Source of the DNA: Asanoa sp. NPDC049475
Lineage (GTDB): Bacteria; Actinomycetota; Actinomycetes; Mycobacteriales; Micromonosporaceae
Direction of reading: 5' to 3'
DNA: 64,000 nt
NCBI RefSeq assembly: GCF_040676915.1
Contig: NZ_JBFAPY010000006.1
Location: 538,277-602,276 of the forward strand
Both the position numbers and the translations under genes were made by a program. Shown here one piece after another: positions 1 through 8,409 of the stretch (position 1 is its first letter; each line of letters begins with the position of its first letter). The notes beneath the pieces are model-generated. The model was not told the DNA's origin. It searched no databases and saw only the letters and a list, made by a program, of their open reading frames with translations.

Positions 1-1359
1 ATCGTCGACGGGCGGCCCGACATCGACGTGACCGGGATGAACATCGACCGGTTGGAGCCTTACCAGTCCACACCGGACTATCGCGCGACCCGTACCGTCG
101 AGTCGTTGGGCAAGGTCTACGCCACCCATTTCCCGGGCCTGTCGATGAAGACCGCGCGGGGCGCGAAGCTCTCCCCCGTCCACGAGAGGTTGGTCGCGCA
201 GCGCGCCTACTTCCGCGACGTGAGCGGTTGGGAAGGCGCCGACTGGTACGCCCCGGAAGGCGTGCGCCCGGAGGTGGAACGCCTGTCCTGGGGCCGGCAG
301 AACTGGTTCCCCTACTGGGAAGCGGAGCACCGCGCCGCCCGCGAGGGCGTGATCCTGATGGACATGTCGTTCATGTCCAAATATCTGGTGCAGGGCGACG
401 AGGCAGGCGCCGCACTCGACCACCTGTCCGCGGGCGCGGTCGACGGCGAGGTAGGCCGAATCACATACACCCAGTGGCTCAACGAGGGCGGCACGCTCGA
501 GGCCGACCTCACCGTCACGAAGCTGGCGGACGACCGGTTCTGGGTGGTGGCCTCGGACACGGCGCATCGCCACGCCCTCAAAATGATGGAACGTTCGTTC
601 AGTTCGAAGCGCGCGCACGTCACCGACGTCACCGGCGGCTACGCGCAGCTCAACATCCAGGGTCCGCGGTCGCGCGCGCTGCTTCAGTCCGTGACCAGCG
701 CCGATCTGTCCAACGAGGCGTTCCCGTTCCGCACCGCCCGCGAGATCGACCTCGGCTTCGCCCGGGTGCTCTGCGTCCGGATCACCTACCTGGGCGAGCT
801 CGGCTACGAGCTCTACATCCCGGCGGAGCAGGCGATCCACGTGTACGACCGGCTGACCGCGGCCGGTGCCGCCGTCGGGTTGCGGCACGCGGGACTGAAG
901 GCATTGTCCAGCCTGCGGATGGAGAAGGGCTACCGGGACTACGGCCACGACATCGACAACACCGACTCGGTGCTGGAGGCCGGCCTCGGCTTCGCGGTCG
1001 CGCTGGACAAGCCCGGCGGTTTCGTCGGCCGCGACGCGGTGCTGGCCCGCAAGGCCGCCGGCCCCCTGAGCCGCCGCCTGGTCCAGGTCCTGCTGACCGA
1101 CCCGGAGCCGCTGATGTTCCATGGCGAGGTCGTCCGCCGCGACGGCATGCCGGTGGGTTACATCCGGGCCGCTTCCTACGGCTTCACGCTGGGTGGCGCG
1201 GTCGGCCTGGCGATGCTGGACCGCGCCGACGGGAAGGCCCTGGACCAGGCCTGGCTGGACAGCGGCGACTGGACCGTCGAGGTCGCCGACCGCCCCGCCC
1301 CGGCCCGCTGCTCGCTACGCCCCCTCTACGACCCGAAGAACGCCCGCATCCACCTGTAG
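1..1359 (+). CDS. C-terminal part of an FAD-dependent oxidoreductase carrying a GcvT-like aminomethyltransferase/folate-binding domain (dimethylglycine/sarcosine dehydrogenase family). The reading frame is open to the window start, so the gene is 5'-truncated here.
   Basis: The translation (…YIPAEQAIHVYDRL…GLKALSSLRMEKGY…) looks like the GcvT C-terminal domain of DMGDH/SoxA-like enzymes. The frame runs from base 1 with no stop, so the N-terminal DAO domain lies upstream of the window. Confidence 0.75.
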   Translation: MVDGRPDIDVTGMNIDRLEPYQSTPDYRATRTVESLGKVYATHFPGLSMKTARGAKLSPVHERLVAQRAYFRDVSGWEGADWYAPEGVRPEVERLSWGRQNWFPYWEAEHRAAREGVILMDMSFMSKYLVQGDEAGAALDHLSAGAVDGEVGRITYTQWLNEGGTLEADLTVTKLADDRFWVVASDTAHRHALKMMERSFSSKRAHVTDVTGGYAQLNIQGPRSRALLQSVTSADLSNEAFPFRTAREIDLGFARVLCVRITYLGELGYELYIPAEQAIHVYDRLTAAGAAVGLRHAGLKALSSLRMEKGYRDYGHDIDNTDSVLEAGLGFAVALDKPGGFVGRDAVLARKAAGPLSRRLVQVLLTDPEPLMFHGEVVRRDGMPVGYIRAASYGFTLGGAVGLAMLDRADGKALDQAWLDSGDWTVEVADRPAPARCSLRPLYDPKNARIHL

Positions 1360-2247
1360 GACCGCCAGTCGGGCGGCGGCCTCCGCGGCGTCGCCGGCAA
1401 GGACGGCGGTGCGGCCGGTGGCCTCGTGGAGCCGCGACTCGACCGCGGCGCGGAGCTCGGGCACGGCGGTCAGGAGGCCGCCGGCCAGCACGATCGGGCC
1501 GTCGCCGGGTGGCAGCGCGAGCAGCGTCGCCGTCAGGCGGTCGGCGCCGGACGCCAGGATCGCCCCAGCGGTCGGGTCGCCGAGCCGGACCGCCTCGAAG
1601 ACCAGCGGGGCCAGGGCCGCCATCTTGTCGCGGGCCAGGGCGTAGAACGAGCTGACGAAGCCCTCCGGGCCGGCCCCGCCCACCGCGGCGTGCACCGCCG
1701 AGACCAGTGCGCCGCCCGTGCCGGCGTGCAGCGCGAGTGCCGTGTGCCGGGCCGCGGCCACGCCGAACCAGAAGCCCGAGCCCTCGTCGCCGAGCAGCCA
1801 GCCGATGCCGTCGACGCGCCGGCCGACGGTCCAGTCGACGATCTCGCAGGCGATGGCGCCAGTGCCCGCGATCAGCACCGACCCGGACGGCGCGTCGCGC
1901 GCACCCGAGGCGTAGGCCACCACGGCGTCGCCGACCGTGCGCAACGGCACGGGCACGCCCGTGGTCGACCACGCGGACGCGTAGGCCGCCGCACCCGAAG
2001 CGGTCGTCAACCGGCTGTAGCCGGCCACGCCGACCACCGCACCGACCACCCGGGCCGGGTCGAGGTCGCCCATCGCCTCGCGGACAGCGCCGACGAGCGC
2101 AGCCGCCGTCTCGGCCGGTGGGCGCGCGACCGGGTTGCCCGGCCCGCCATGCCCCCGGCCGACGACCGCACCGTCCAGTGTGGTCACGACGACACGGGTG
2201 CTGGTGCCGCCGCAGTCCCCGCCGATCACCAACGTCACGAGACACAT
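1315..2247 (-). CDS. BadF/BadG/BcrA/BcrD-type ATPase (N-acetylglucosamine kinase-like sugar kinase)
   Basis: The N-terminus LVIGGDCGGTSTR is the phosphate-1 motif of the ASKHA/BadF family. Both the motifs and the length (310 aa) fit. It is divergent from the RpiR regulator. Confidence 0.8.
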   Translation of the reverse strand: MCLVTLVIGGDCGGTSTRVVVTTLDGAVVGRGHGGPGNPVARPPAETAAALVGAVREAMGDLDPARVVGAVVGVAGYSRLTTASGAAAYASAWSTTGVPVPLRTVGDAVVAYASGARDAPSGSVLIAGTGAIACEIVDWTVGRRVDGIGWLLGDEGSGFWFGVAAARHTALALHAGTGGALVSAVHAAVGGAGPEGFVSSFYALARDKMAALAPLVFEAVRLGDPTAGAILASGADRLTATLLALPPGDGPIVLAGGLLTAVPELRAAVESRLHEATGRTAVLAGDAAEAAARLAVLQVDAGVLRVVEGA

Positions 2248-2254
2248 GCTGCGC

Positions 2255-2330
2255 GACCCGCACCGTCAAGACAAGAGTCTATGTCAAACATCTTGACGCG
2301 AGGGGCACCACGACAATAATTTTGTTCATC
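2255..2330. promoter_or_regulatory. AT-rich divergent promoter/operator region between the BadF-type kinase gene and the RpiR regulator gene
   Basis: This is a locally low-GC stretch (…acaataattttgttcatc…) in a 70%+ GC background. It carries an 8-bp inverted repeat, CGTCAAGA-N19-TCTTGACG, and each arm contains a TTGACG -35-like hexamer facing one of the divergent genes. An ATAATT -10-like element sits 17 bp downstream of the right arm. Confidence 0.4.
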
Positions 2331-2358
2331 ACCGAGCAACAGCGAAAGGAATGACCGC

Positions 2359-3255
2359 ATGGCCGAGACCGGGCTGCTGGGCCGGGTGCGCACCGAGCTG
2401 CCGACGCTCCCCGACGCCCTCCAGCGGGTCGCCGAGCAGCTCCTCGGCGAACCCGAGGAGACGGCGCGCACGACGATCGTCGACCTCGCCGAGCGTGCCG
2501 GCACGTCGACCGCGACGATCACCCGGTTCTGCCGGTTGTTCGGCTACCGCGGCTACGCGGAGCTCCGCGTAGCGGTCGCCACCGAGACTGGCCGGGCCGC
2601 CCAGGCCCGCTGGGACACCGACATCGACCACGAGATCACCCCCGACGCACCGCTCGACCGGGTGCTCGAGGTGGTCGCCAGCGCCGACGCCCGGGCCATC
2701 CAGGACACCGCGGGCCAGGTCGACCTGGCCGCGGTCGAGCGGGTGTCGGCGGCGGTCGCGACGGCGCAGCGGGTCGAGCTGTTCGGCCTGGGCAGCTCCG
2801 GCAACGCCGCCCGCGAGATGGCGTTCCGGCTGGAGCGCATCCGGGTGCCCTGCTGGCACCGATCCGACCCGCACACCGCCCTGACCAACGCGGCGCTGCT
2901 CGGGCCGGGCGACGTCGCGATCGGGCTGTCGCACAGCGGCCGGACCCGGGAGGTGATCGAGGTGCTCAGCGAGGCCGCCGACCACGGCGCGTTGACCGTG
3001 GCCATCACGTCGTTCCCGCGTTCGCCGCTGTCCGAGGTGGCCGACGTGGTGATGACCACGGCAGTGCAGGAGACCACGTTCCGGCTCGCGGCCCTGTCCG
3101 CCCTGCACAGCCAGCTGCTCGTGCTCGACCTGATCTACGTCGCCGTCGCGCAGCGCACCTACGAACGCACCACCGAGGCGTTCGAGGTGACCGCCCGCGC
3201 GGTCGACGCGCACCGCCTGCCCCGCAAGCGCACCAGAACACCGGAGGGATCATGA
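2359..3255 (+). CDS. MurR/RpiR-family transcriptional regulator (N-terminal HTH_6 plus SIS domain)
   Basis: The HTH motif is …TIVDLAERAGTSTATITRFCRLFGYRGYAEL…. The C-terminal SIS phospho-sugar-binding domain shows …GLGSSGNAAREMAFRL…. Confidence 0.85.
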   Translation: MAETGLLGRVRTELPTLPDALQRVAEQLLGEPEETARTTIVDLAERAGTSTATITRFCRLFGYRGYAELRVAVATETGRAAQARWDTDIDHEITPDAPLDRVLEVVASADARAIQDTAGQVDLAAVERVSAAVATAQRVELFGLGSSGNAAREMAFRLERIRVPCWHRSDPHTALTNAALLGPGDVAIGLSHSGRTREVIEVLSEAADHGALTVAITSFPRSPLSEVADVVMTTAVQETTFRLAALSALHSQLLVLDLIYVAVAQRTYERTTEAFEVTARAVDAHRLPRKRTRTPEGS

Positions 3256-4010
3256 CGATCGGCGCCGAAAGCTATCTCGCGGCCGTCACGGCCGCGATCG
3301 ACCAGGTCGCGACAACCCAGGGCGACGCGGTGCGCCGAGCCGCCGACCTGGTGACCGCGTCGCTGCGCGCCGGTGGCGTGGTGCAGGCGTTCGGCGCCGG
3401 CCATTCCGAGGCGCTGGCGATGGAGATCGCCGGGCGGGCCGGCGGTCTGGTGCCCAGCAACAAGATCGCGCTGCGCGACCTGGTGCTGTTCGGCGGCGCC
3501 GACCCCGGCGTGCTGAACGACCCGTTCCTGGAGCGCGATCCCACGGTGGCCCGGCGGCTCTACGAGCTGGCACCGGTCAAGCCCGACGACGTCTTCGTGA
3601 TCGCCTCGAACTCCGGCGTCAACGGCGTGGTGGTCGAGCTCGCCCGGCTCGCCAAGGAGAACGGGCACGGCCTGATCGCGGTCACGTCGCTGGCGCACAC
3701 CCTGGCCGTGGAGCCGAAGCACCCGTCCGGGGCACGGCTGGCCGACCTGGCCGACGTGGTGCTCGACAACTGCGCGCCATACGGCGACGCCACGATCCAG
3801 ATAGGCGACACCCAGGCGAAGACCGGCGCGATCTCCTCCGTCACCGGCGCCCTGCTCGCGCAACAACTCGTGTGCGAGGTGGTTGCCCGGATCGTCGCGG
3901 CGGGCGAGACACCACCGATCTACATCTCGTACAACGTGCCCGGCGGCGACGACCACAACCGACAGCTTGAAGCGCGGTACGCCGGGCGCATCCGGCGTAC
4001 CGCCTCTTAA
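3252..4010 (+). CDS. SIS-domain protein of the UPF0309 family, likely a phospho-sugar-binding protein or isomerase
   Basis: The gene overlaps the RpiR stop in an ATGA arrangement. The fold is SIS (…VQAFGAGHSEALAMEIAG…VFVIASNSGVNG…). Confidence 0.7.
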   Translation: MTIGAESYLAAVTAAIDQVATTQGDAVRRAADLVTASLRAGGVVQAFGAGHSEALAMEIAGRAGGLVPSNKIALRDLVLFGGADPGVLNDPFLERDPTVARRLYELAPVKPDDVFVIASNSGVNGVVVELARLAKENGHGLIAVTSLAHTLAVEPKHPSGARLADLADVVLDNCAPYGDATIQIGDTQAKTGAISSVTGALLAQQLVCEVVARIVAAGETPPIYISYNVPGGDDHNRQLEARYAGRIRRTAS

Positions 4011-4032
4011 CCAGGAAGGTGAGGACACGCTA

Positions 4033-5448
4033 ATGAACCCCTCTTCCCAGCCCAGACGTTACCCGACCCGGCGGGCGGTGCTCGGTGCGGCGGTGGCCGG
4101 CGCGGCCCTGCCGGTGCTCGGCGGCTGCGTCACGGGCGGCGACGACGGCACCACCGAGGCCGCTTCGGGCGCGAAGACGGCCGAGAACCCGCTCGGCGTG
4201 CCCGACAAGACGCCGATCGAGGTGGTCATCTTCAAGGGCGGCTACGGCGACGAGTACGCGGTGAACGCGGAGTCGCTCTACAAGCAGCGCTACCCCGGCG
4301 CGACGGTCGACCACAAGGGCATCCAGAAGGTCGGTGAGGCGCTGCAGCCGAGGTTCGTGGCCGACACCCCGCCCGACGTCGTCGACAACACCGGCGCCGG
4401 CCGGCTCGACCTGGCCACCCTGGTCGGGGCCGGCAAGCTGAGCGACCTGGCCGACCTGCTCGACGCGCCCTCGCTCGACGACCCGGCCAAGAAGGTCCGC
4501 GACACGTTGCTGCCCGGCGTGGTCGACGACGGCACGTTCGACGACAAGGTGCAGACGCTCAACTTCACGTACACCGTCTGGGGTCTCTGGTATTCGAAGC
4601 CCCTGTTCGCCAAGAACGGCTGGACGTTCCCGACCACCTGGGACGCGATGCTGGCGCTCTGCGAGCAGATCAAGAAGGCCGGCGTCGCCCCGTGGACCTA
4701 CCAGGGGAAGTACCCGGAATACCTCAACGACCCGTTGCTCGCGATGGCGGCCAAGGCCGGCGGCCCCGACCTGGTGAAAGCGGTCGACAACCTCGAGCCC
4801 AACGCCTGGAAGCAGCAGGGCCTCGTCGACGCCGCGACCGCGATCGCCGAGCTGGCCGGCAAGGGCTACATCCTGTCGGGCAGCGAGGCGCTCTCGCACA
4901 CCGAGGCGCAGGCGGCGTGGTCGCAGAGCCAGGTCGCGATCATCCCTTGTGGATCATGGCTGGAGGCCGAGCAGAAGGGCATCACGCCCGACGGCTTCGA
5001 CATGGCGATGGCTCCGGCGCCGGCGCTCTCGGGGAGTGACAAGCTGCCGCAGACCGCGCTGCAGGCGGCCAGCAGCGAGTCGTTCATCGTGCCGGCCAAG
5101 GCCAAGAACCCACGAGGCGGCCTGGAGTTCCTGCGCATCCTGTTCTCCACCACCGCGGCCAAGCGCTTCGCCGAGCTCAACAGCACGATGCCGAGCGTGG
5201 CCGGTGCGCTGGAGGGGCTGACCCTGAGCAGCGGGCTCGGCTCGGTGAAGACGGCGGTCGACGCGGCCGGTCCCAACACCTTCACCTACCGGTTCCGGAC
5301 CTGGTACGCGCCGCTGGCCAAGGCCGTCGACGACGCCACCGGCGAGCTCGCCACCAAGCGGATCACGCCGGCCCAGTGGTCCGACCGGGTGCAGAAGGCG
5401 GCCGACGCCGTCGCCACCGACACCGCGGTCAAGAAGTACCAGCGGTAG
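4033..5448 (+). CDS. ABC transporter extracellular solute-binding protein (family 1 sugar-binding lipoprotein)
   Basis: A GGAAGGTGAGG ribosome-binding site precedes the ATG at 4033. The signal peptide with a lipobox-like end (…AALPVLGGCVTGG) is followed by a carbohydrate-SBP fold. I preferred the internal start over the longer track ORF that begins at 3883. Confidence 0.8.
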   Translation: MNPSSQPRRYPTRRAVLGAAVAGAALPVLGGCVTGGDDGTTEAASGAKTAENPLGVPDKTPIEVVIFKGGYGDEYAVNAESLYKQRYPGATVDHKGIQKVGEALQPRFVADTPPDVVDNTGAGRLDLATLVGAGKLSDLADLLDAPSLDDPAKKVRDTLLPGVVDDGTFDDKVQTLNFTYTVWGLWYSKPLFAKNGWTFPTTWDAMLALCEQIKKAGVAPWTYQGKYPEYLNDPLLAMAAKAGGPDLVKAVDNLEPNAWKQQGLVDAATAIAELAGKGYILSGSEALSHTEAQAAWSQSQVAIIPCGSWLEAEQKGITPDGFDMAMAPAPALSGSDKLPQTALQAASSESFIVPAKAKNPRGGLEFLRILFSTTAAKRFAELNSTMPSVAGALEGLTLSSGLGSVKTAVDAAGPNTFTYRFRTWYAPLAKAVDDATGELATKRITPAQWSDRVQKAADAVATDTAVKKYQR

Positions 5449-5450
5449 CG

Positions 5451-6365
5451 ATGGCCCAGGACCGGCATGGCCGATACCGCTTCCTCGCGGGCGCGATCCT
5501 TCCCGCGCTGGCGTTGTACGCGGTGTTCGTGCTCTCCCCGTACGCGCAGGCGTTCTACCTGTCGCTGACCGACTGGACCGGCGTGTCCGGCCAGGTGAAC
5601 TTCGTCGGTCTCGACAACTTCACCCGCCTGTTCGGCGACCCGCTGTTCCTGGCGGCGTTGCGCAACAACGGGTTGATGCTCCTCGTCGTGCCGGTGGTCA
5701 CCATCGCGCTCGGGCTGCTGCTGGCGGTCCTGGTCACGTTCGGCGGGCGCCGCGGGTCGGCGATCCGTGGCGCCTCGACGTACCAGACCGCGTACTTCTT
5801 CCCACAGCTGTTGTCGTTGCCCATCATCGCGCTGCTCTGGCAGTTCGTGTACCACCCCAACGACGGCCTGCTCAACGGCCTGCTGCGGGGCATCGGGCTG
5901 GACGGCCTGGCCCGCACCTGGCTCGGCGACCCACAGCTCGCGCTGTGGGCGGTGATGGCCGTGCTGGTCTGGTCGTCGGTCGGTTTCTACATGGTGCTGT
6001 TCGCGGCCGCCATGGCGGCGATACCGACGGAGATCATCGAGGCCGCGGTGCTGGACGGCGCGGGCAAGCTGGCCACCCTGTGGCGGATCGTGCTGCCGCT
6101 GCTGCGCGACAGCGTGCAGGTGGCCTTCGTCTACCTCGGTGTGCTGGCGCTCGACGGGTTCGCTGTCGTGCAGGTGATGACCGTCGGACCCGGCGGCCCC
6201 GACAACGCCACCGAGGTGATGGGTCTGGGGCTCTACCGCAACGCGTTCACGTTCTCCAAGTTCGGCTACGCGGCCGCGATGGGCGTGACGCTGTTCTTCC
6301 TGACCCTCACGCTGGCCGTGCTGGCGATGCGGGCGGGCCGGCGCGAACGGGTGGAGCTGGCATGA
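5451..6365 (+). CDS. ABC transporter permease (MalF/UgpA-like carbohydrate permease)
   Basis: The protein has multiple transmembrane helices and the EAA-like motif region (…EAAVLDGAGKLATLWRIVLPLL…). Confidence 0.8.
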   Translation: MAQDRHGRYRFLAGAILPALALYAVFVLSPYAQAFYLSLTDWTGVSGQVNFVGLDNFTRLFGDPLFLAALRNNGLMLLVVPVVTIALGLLLAVLVTFGGRRGSAIRGASTYQTAYFFPQLLSLPIIALLWQFVYHPNDGLLNGLLRGIGLDGLARTWLGDPQLALWAVMAVLVWSSVGFYMVLFAAAMAAIPTEIIEAAVLDGAGKLATLWRIVLPLLRDSVQVAFVYLGVLALDGFAVVQVMTVGPGGPDNATEVMGLGLYRNAFTFSKFGYAAAMGVTLFFLTLTLAVLAMRAGRRERVELA

Positions 6366-7171
6366 AACGGGCGCACGCCTTTTTGGTCGCCTGGGCGGCG
6401 GTGGTCACGCTGCCGTTGCTGTGGGCGGTGGTCAGCTCGCTCAAGACCGACCGGGAGATCCTCACCTCGCCCTGGTCGCTTCCGTCGACGCCGCAGTTCG
6501 ACAACTGGTCTCGGGCCTGGAACCAGGCGGAGATCGGCAGGTATTTCGGCAACAGCGCGCTCGTGGTCGGCGGTGCGCTGCTGCTGACGATGCTGTTCGG
6601 TGCCACGACCGCGTACGCCCTGGCCCGCTACCCGTTCCGCGGCAACAGGCTGGTCTACTTCGGCTTCGTCGCGGGCATGCTCTTCCCGGTGTTCCTGGCC
6701 CTCGTGCCGCTGTTCTTCGTGGTCAAGCAGCTCGGCCTGCTCGGCACGTACCCGGGGCTGATCCTGGTCTACACCGCGTACGCGCTGCCGTTCACCATCT
6801 TCTTCCTGCACGCGTTCTTCCGCACGCTGCCCACGGCGCTCGCCGAGGCCGCGTTCCTGGACGGCTGCTCGCACTGGGGCGTGTTCTTCCGGATCATGCT
6901 CCCGCTGGCCCGTCCCGGGCTGGTCACCGTCGCCATCTTCAACTTCCTGGGTCTGTGGAACCAGTACCTGCTGCCGCTGGTGCTCAACCCCGACCCGGAC
7001 CGCTACGTCCTGGCCCAGGGGCTCGCCGCTCTGTCGGTGAGCCAGGGCTACCGCTCCGACTGGAGCGGCCTGTTCGCCGGCCTCACGATCGCGATGCTGC
7101 CGGTGCTGGCCGCCTACGTCATCTTCCAACGCCACATCAGATCCGGCCTGACCGCGGGGGCGGTCCGGTAA
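6362..7171 (+). CDS. ABC transporter permease (MalG/UgpE-like carbohydrate permease)
   Basis: It overlaps the upstream permease in an ATGA arrangement. The conserved permease motif …EAAFLDGCSHWGVFFRIMLP… and TM helices are present. Confidence 0.8.
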   Translation: MKRAHAFLVAWAAVVTLPLLWAVVSSLKTDREILTSPWSLPSTPQFDNWSRAWNQAEIGRYFGNSALVVGGALLLTMLFGATTAYALARYPFRGNRLVYFGFVAGMLFPVFLALVPLFFVVKQLGLLGTYPGLILVYTAYALPFTIFFLHAFFRTLPTALAEAAFLDGCSHWGVFFRIMLPLARPGLVTVAIFNFLGLWNQYLLPLVLNPDPDRYVLAQGLAALSVSQGYRSDWSGLFAGLTIAMLPVLAAYVIFQRHIRSGLTAGAVR

Positions 7172-7241
7172 TCGCCCCGGCTCAACCGCGCACCGTCGCG
7201 CGCTCCCCCTTGTTCGCTTCTGTCCTTTGAGGAGGAAGCTC

Positions 7242-8399
7242 ATGTCCCGCATCCCCAAACTGCTGGGTGGCGCGGCATCCGCCGCGTTACTCGCCGCGGT
7301 CGCCGGCATCGCCGCCGTCAGCGCGGCCGGTCCCGCCGCGGCCGCACCGTGCGGCGCGCTGTTCGACGACTTCACCTACTCGTCGTCGAGCGACCCGGCG
7401 ATCGCCGCGCGCAACTGGACCGTCCGCACCAATGCCGGCGGCCCCGGCGTGCCCGGCGCGTCCTGGCCCGCGTCCAACGTCACCTTCCCCACCGTCGACG
7501 GCCAGAAGGTGCTCCAACTCGCCGCGGCCACCGACGGCACGGCCGGCGGCACCTCGCACGCCGAGATGCTCCACCAGCGCAAGTTCTTCGAGGGCACGTA
7601 CGCGGCCCGCGTGAAGTTCGCCGACGCACCGGTGTCGGGCAACGACGGCGACCACCTGGTGGAGACGTTCTTCACCATTACCCCGCTGGACCGGCCGCTC
7701 GACCCGAACTACGGCGAGATCGACTTCGAGTACCTGCCCAACGGCGGGTGGGGCGAGCAGGGCCCGATCTTCTACCAGACCACCTGGGAGACGTACCAGA
7801 ACGAGCCCTGGCAGGCCGTCAACACCCACACCGAGCAGCGGCAGAGCTTCAACGGCTGGCACAACCTGCAGTTCAACGTGTCCGCCGGGCGGGTCAAGTA
7901 CTACGTCGACGGCGTGCAGGTGGCCGACCACGGCGACCAGTACTACCCCGAGACCAACATGTCGATCAACTTCAACCTGTGGTTCATCGACCTGGTCACG
8001 CACACGGGCGGCCGAGCGGTCTACAACCAGCAGGTCGACTGGCTCTACTACGCGGGCAGCGAGGCGCTGACGCCGGCACAGGTCGCCACGCGGGTGTCCG
8101 GGCTGCGCTCGGCCGGCACCACGCACACCGACACGGTCGGCAACGGCAACTGCCCGACCAACCCGCCGACCCAGAACCCCACCAACCCGCCCACGCAGAA
8201 CCCGACGAACCCGCCGACGCAGAACCCGGTCAACTGCTCCGGCGCGCCCGCGTGGAACTGGGGCACGGTCTACCTCGAGGGCCAGCGGGTGAAGCATCCG
8301 AACCGACAGGGCCAGCCGCACCTCTGGCAGGCCAACTGGTGGACGCAGGGCTCCGAGCCAGGCTGGACCGCGCAATGGCGGGACCTCGGCGCCTGCTAA
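7242..8399 (+). CDS. Secreted glycoside hydrolase family 16 (beta-glucanase/laminarinase-like) with a Pro/Thr-rich linker and a C-terminal CBM5/12 (ChtBD3) carbohydrate-binding module
   Basis: A GAGGAGG site precedes the start and an Ala-rich signal peptide follows. The GH16 catalytic motif is E-I-D-F-E (GEIDFEYLPNGG). A PTNPPTQN x3 linker precedes a C-terminal AWNWGTVYLEGQRVKH…LWQANWWTQG sequence typical of CBM5/12. Confidence 0.75.
   Translation: MSRIPKLLGGAASAALLAAVAGIAAVSAAGPAAAAPCGALFDDFTYSSSSDPAIAARNWTVRTNAGGPGVPGASWPASNVTFPTVDGQKVLQLAAATDGTAGGTSHAEMLHQRKFFEGTYAARVKFADAPVSGNDGDHLVETFFTITPLDRPLDPNYGEIDFEYLPNGGWGEQGPIFYQTTWETYQNEPWQAVNTHTEQRQSFNGWHNLQFNVSAGRVKYYVDGVQVADHGDQYYPETNMSINFNLWFIDLVTHTGGRAVYNQQVDWLYYAGSEALTPAQVATRVSGLRSAGTTHTDTVGNGNCPTNPPTQNPTNPPTQNPTNPPTQNPVNCSGAPAWNWGTVYLEGQRVKHPNRQGQPHLWQANWWTQGSEPGWTAQWRDLGAC
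8154..8228 (+). repeat. Three tandem 24-nt repeats encoding the PTNPPTQN linker inside the GH16 gene
   Basis: The unit ccgaccaacccgccgacccagaac recurs with only minor third-position changes. Confidence 0.7.
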
Positions 8400-8409
8400 A
8401 TGCGCGATC

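Noticed and set aside
228-2269. Long overlapping ORFs 228-1655 (+), 1121-1645 (+), 1184-2269 (-), 1426-2319 (+) and 1707-2354 (+), which encode Arg/Pro/Gly-rich polypeptides.
   Set aside because: This is typical high-GC shadow-frame composition with no motifs. They overlap the well-supported DAO/GcvT gene and the BadF-type kinase gene, so I treated them as artefacts.
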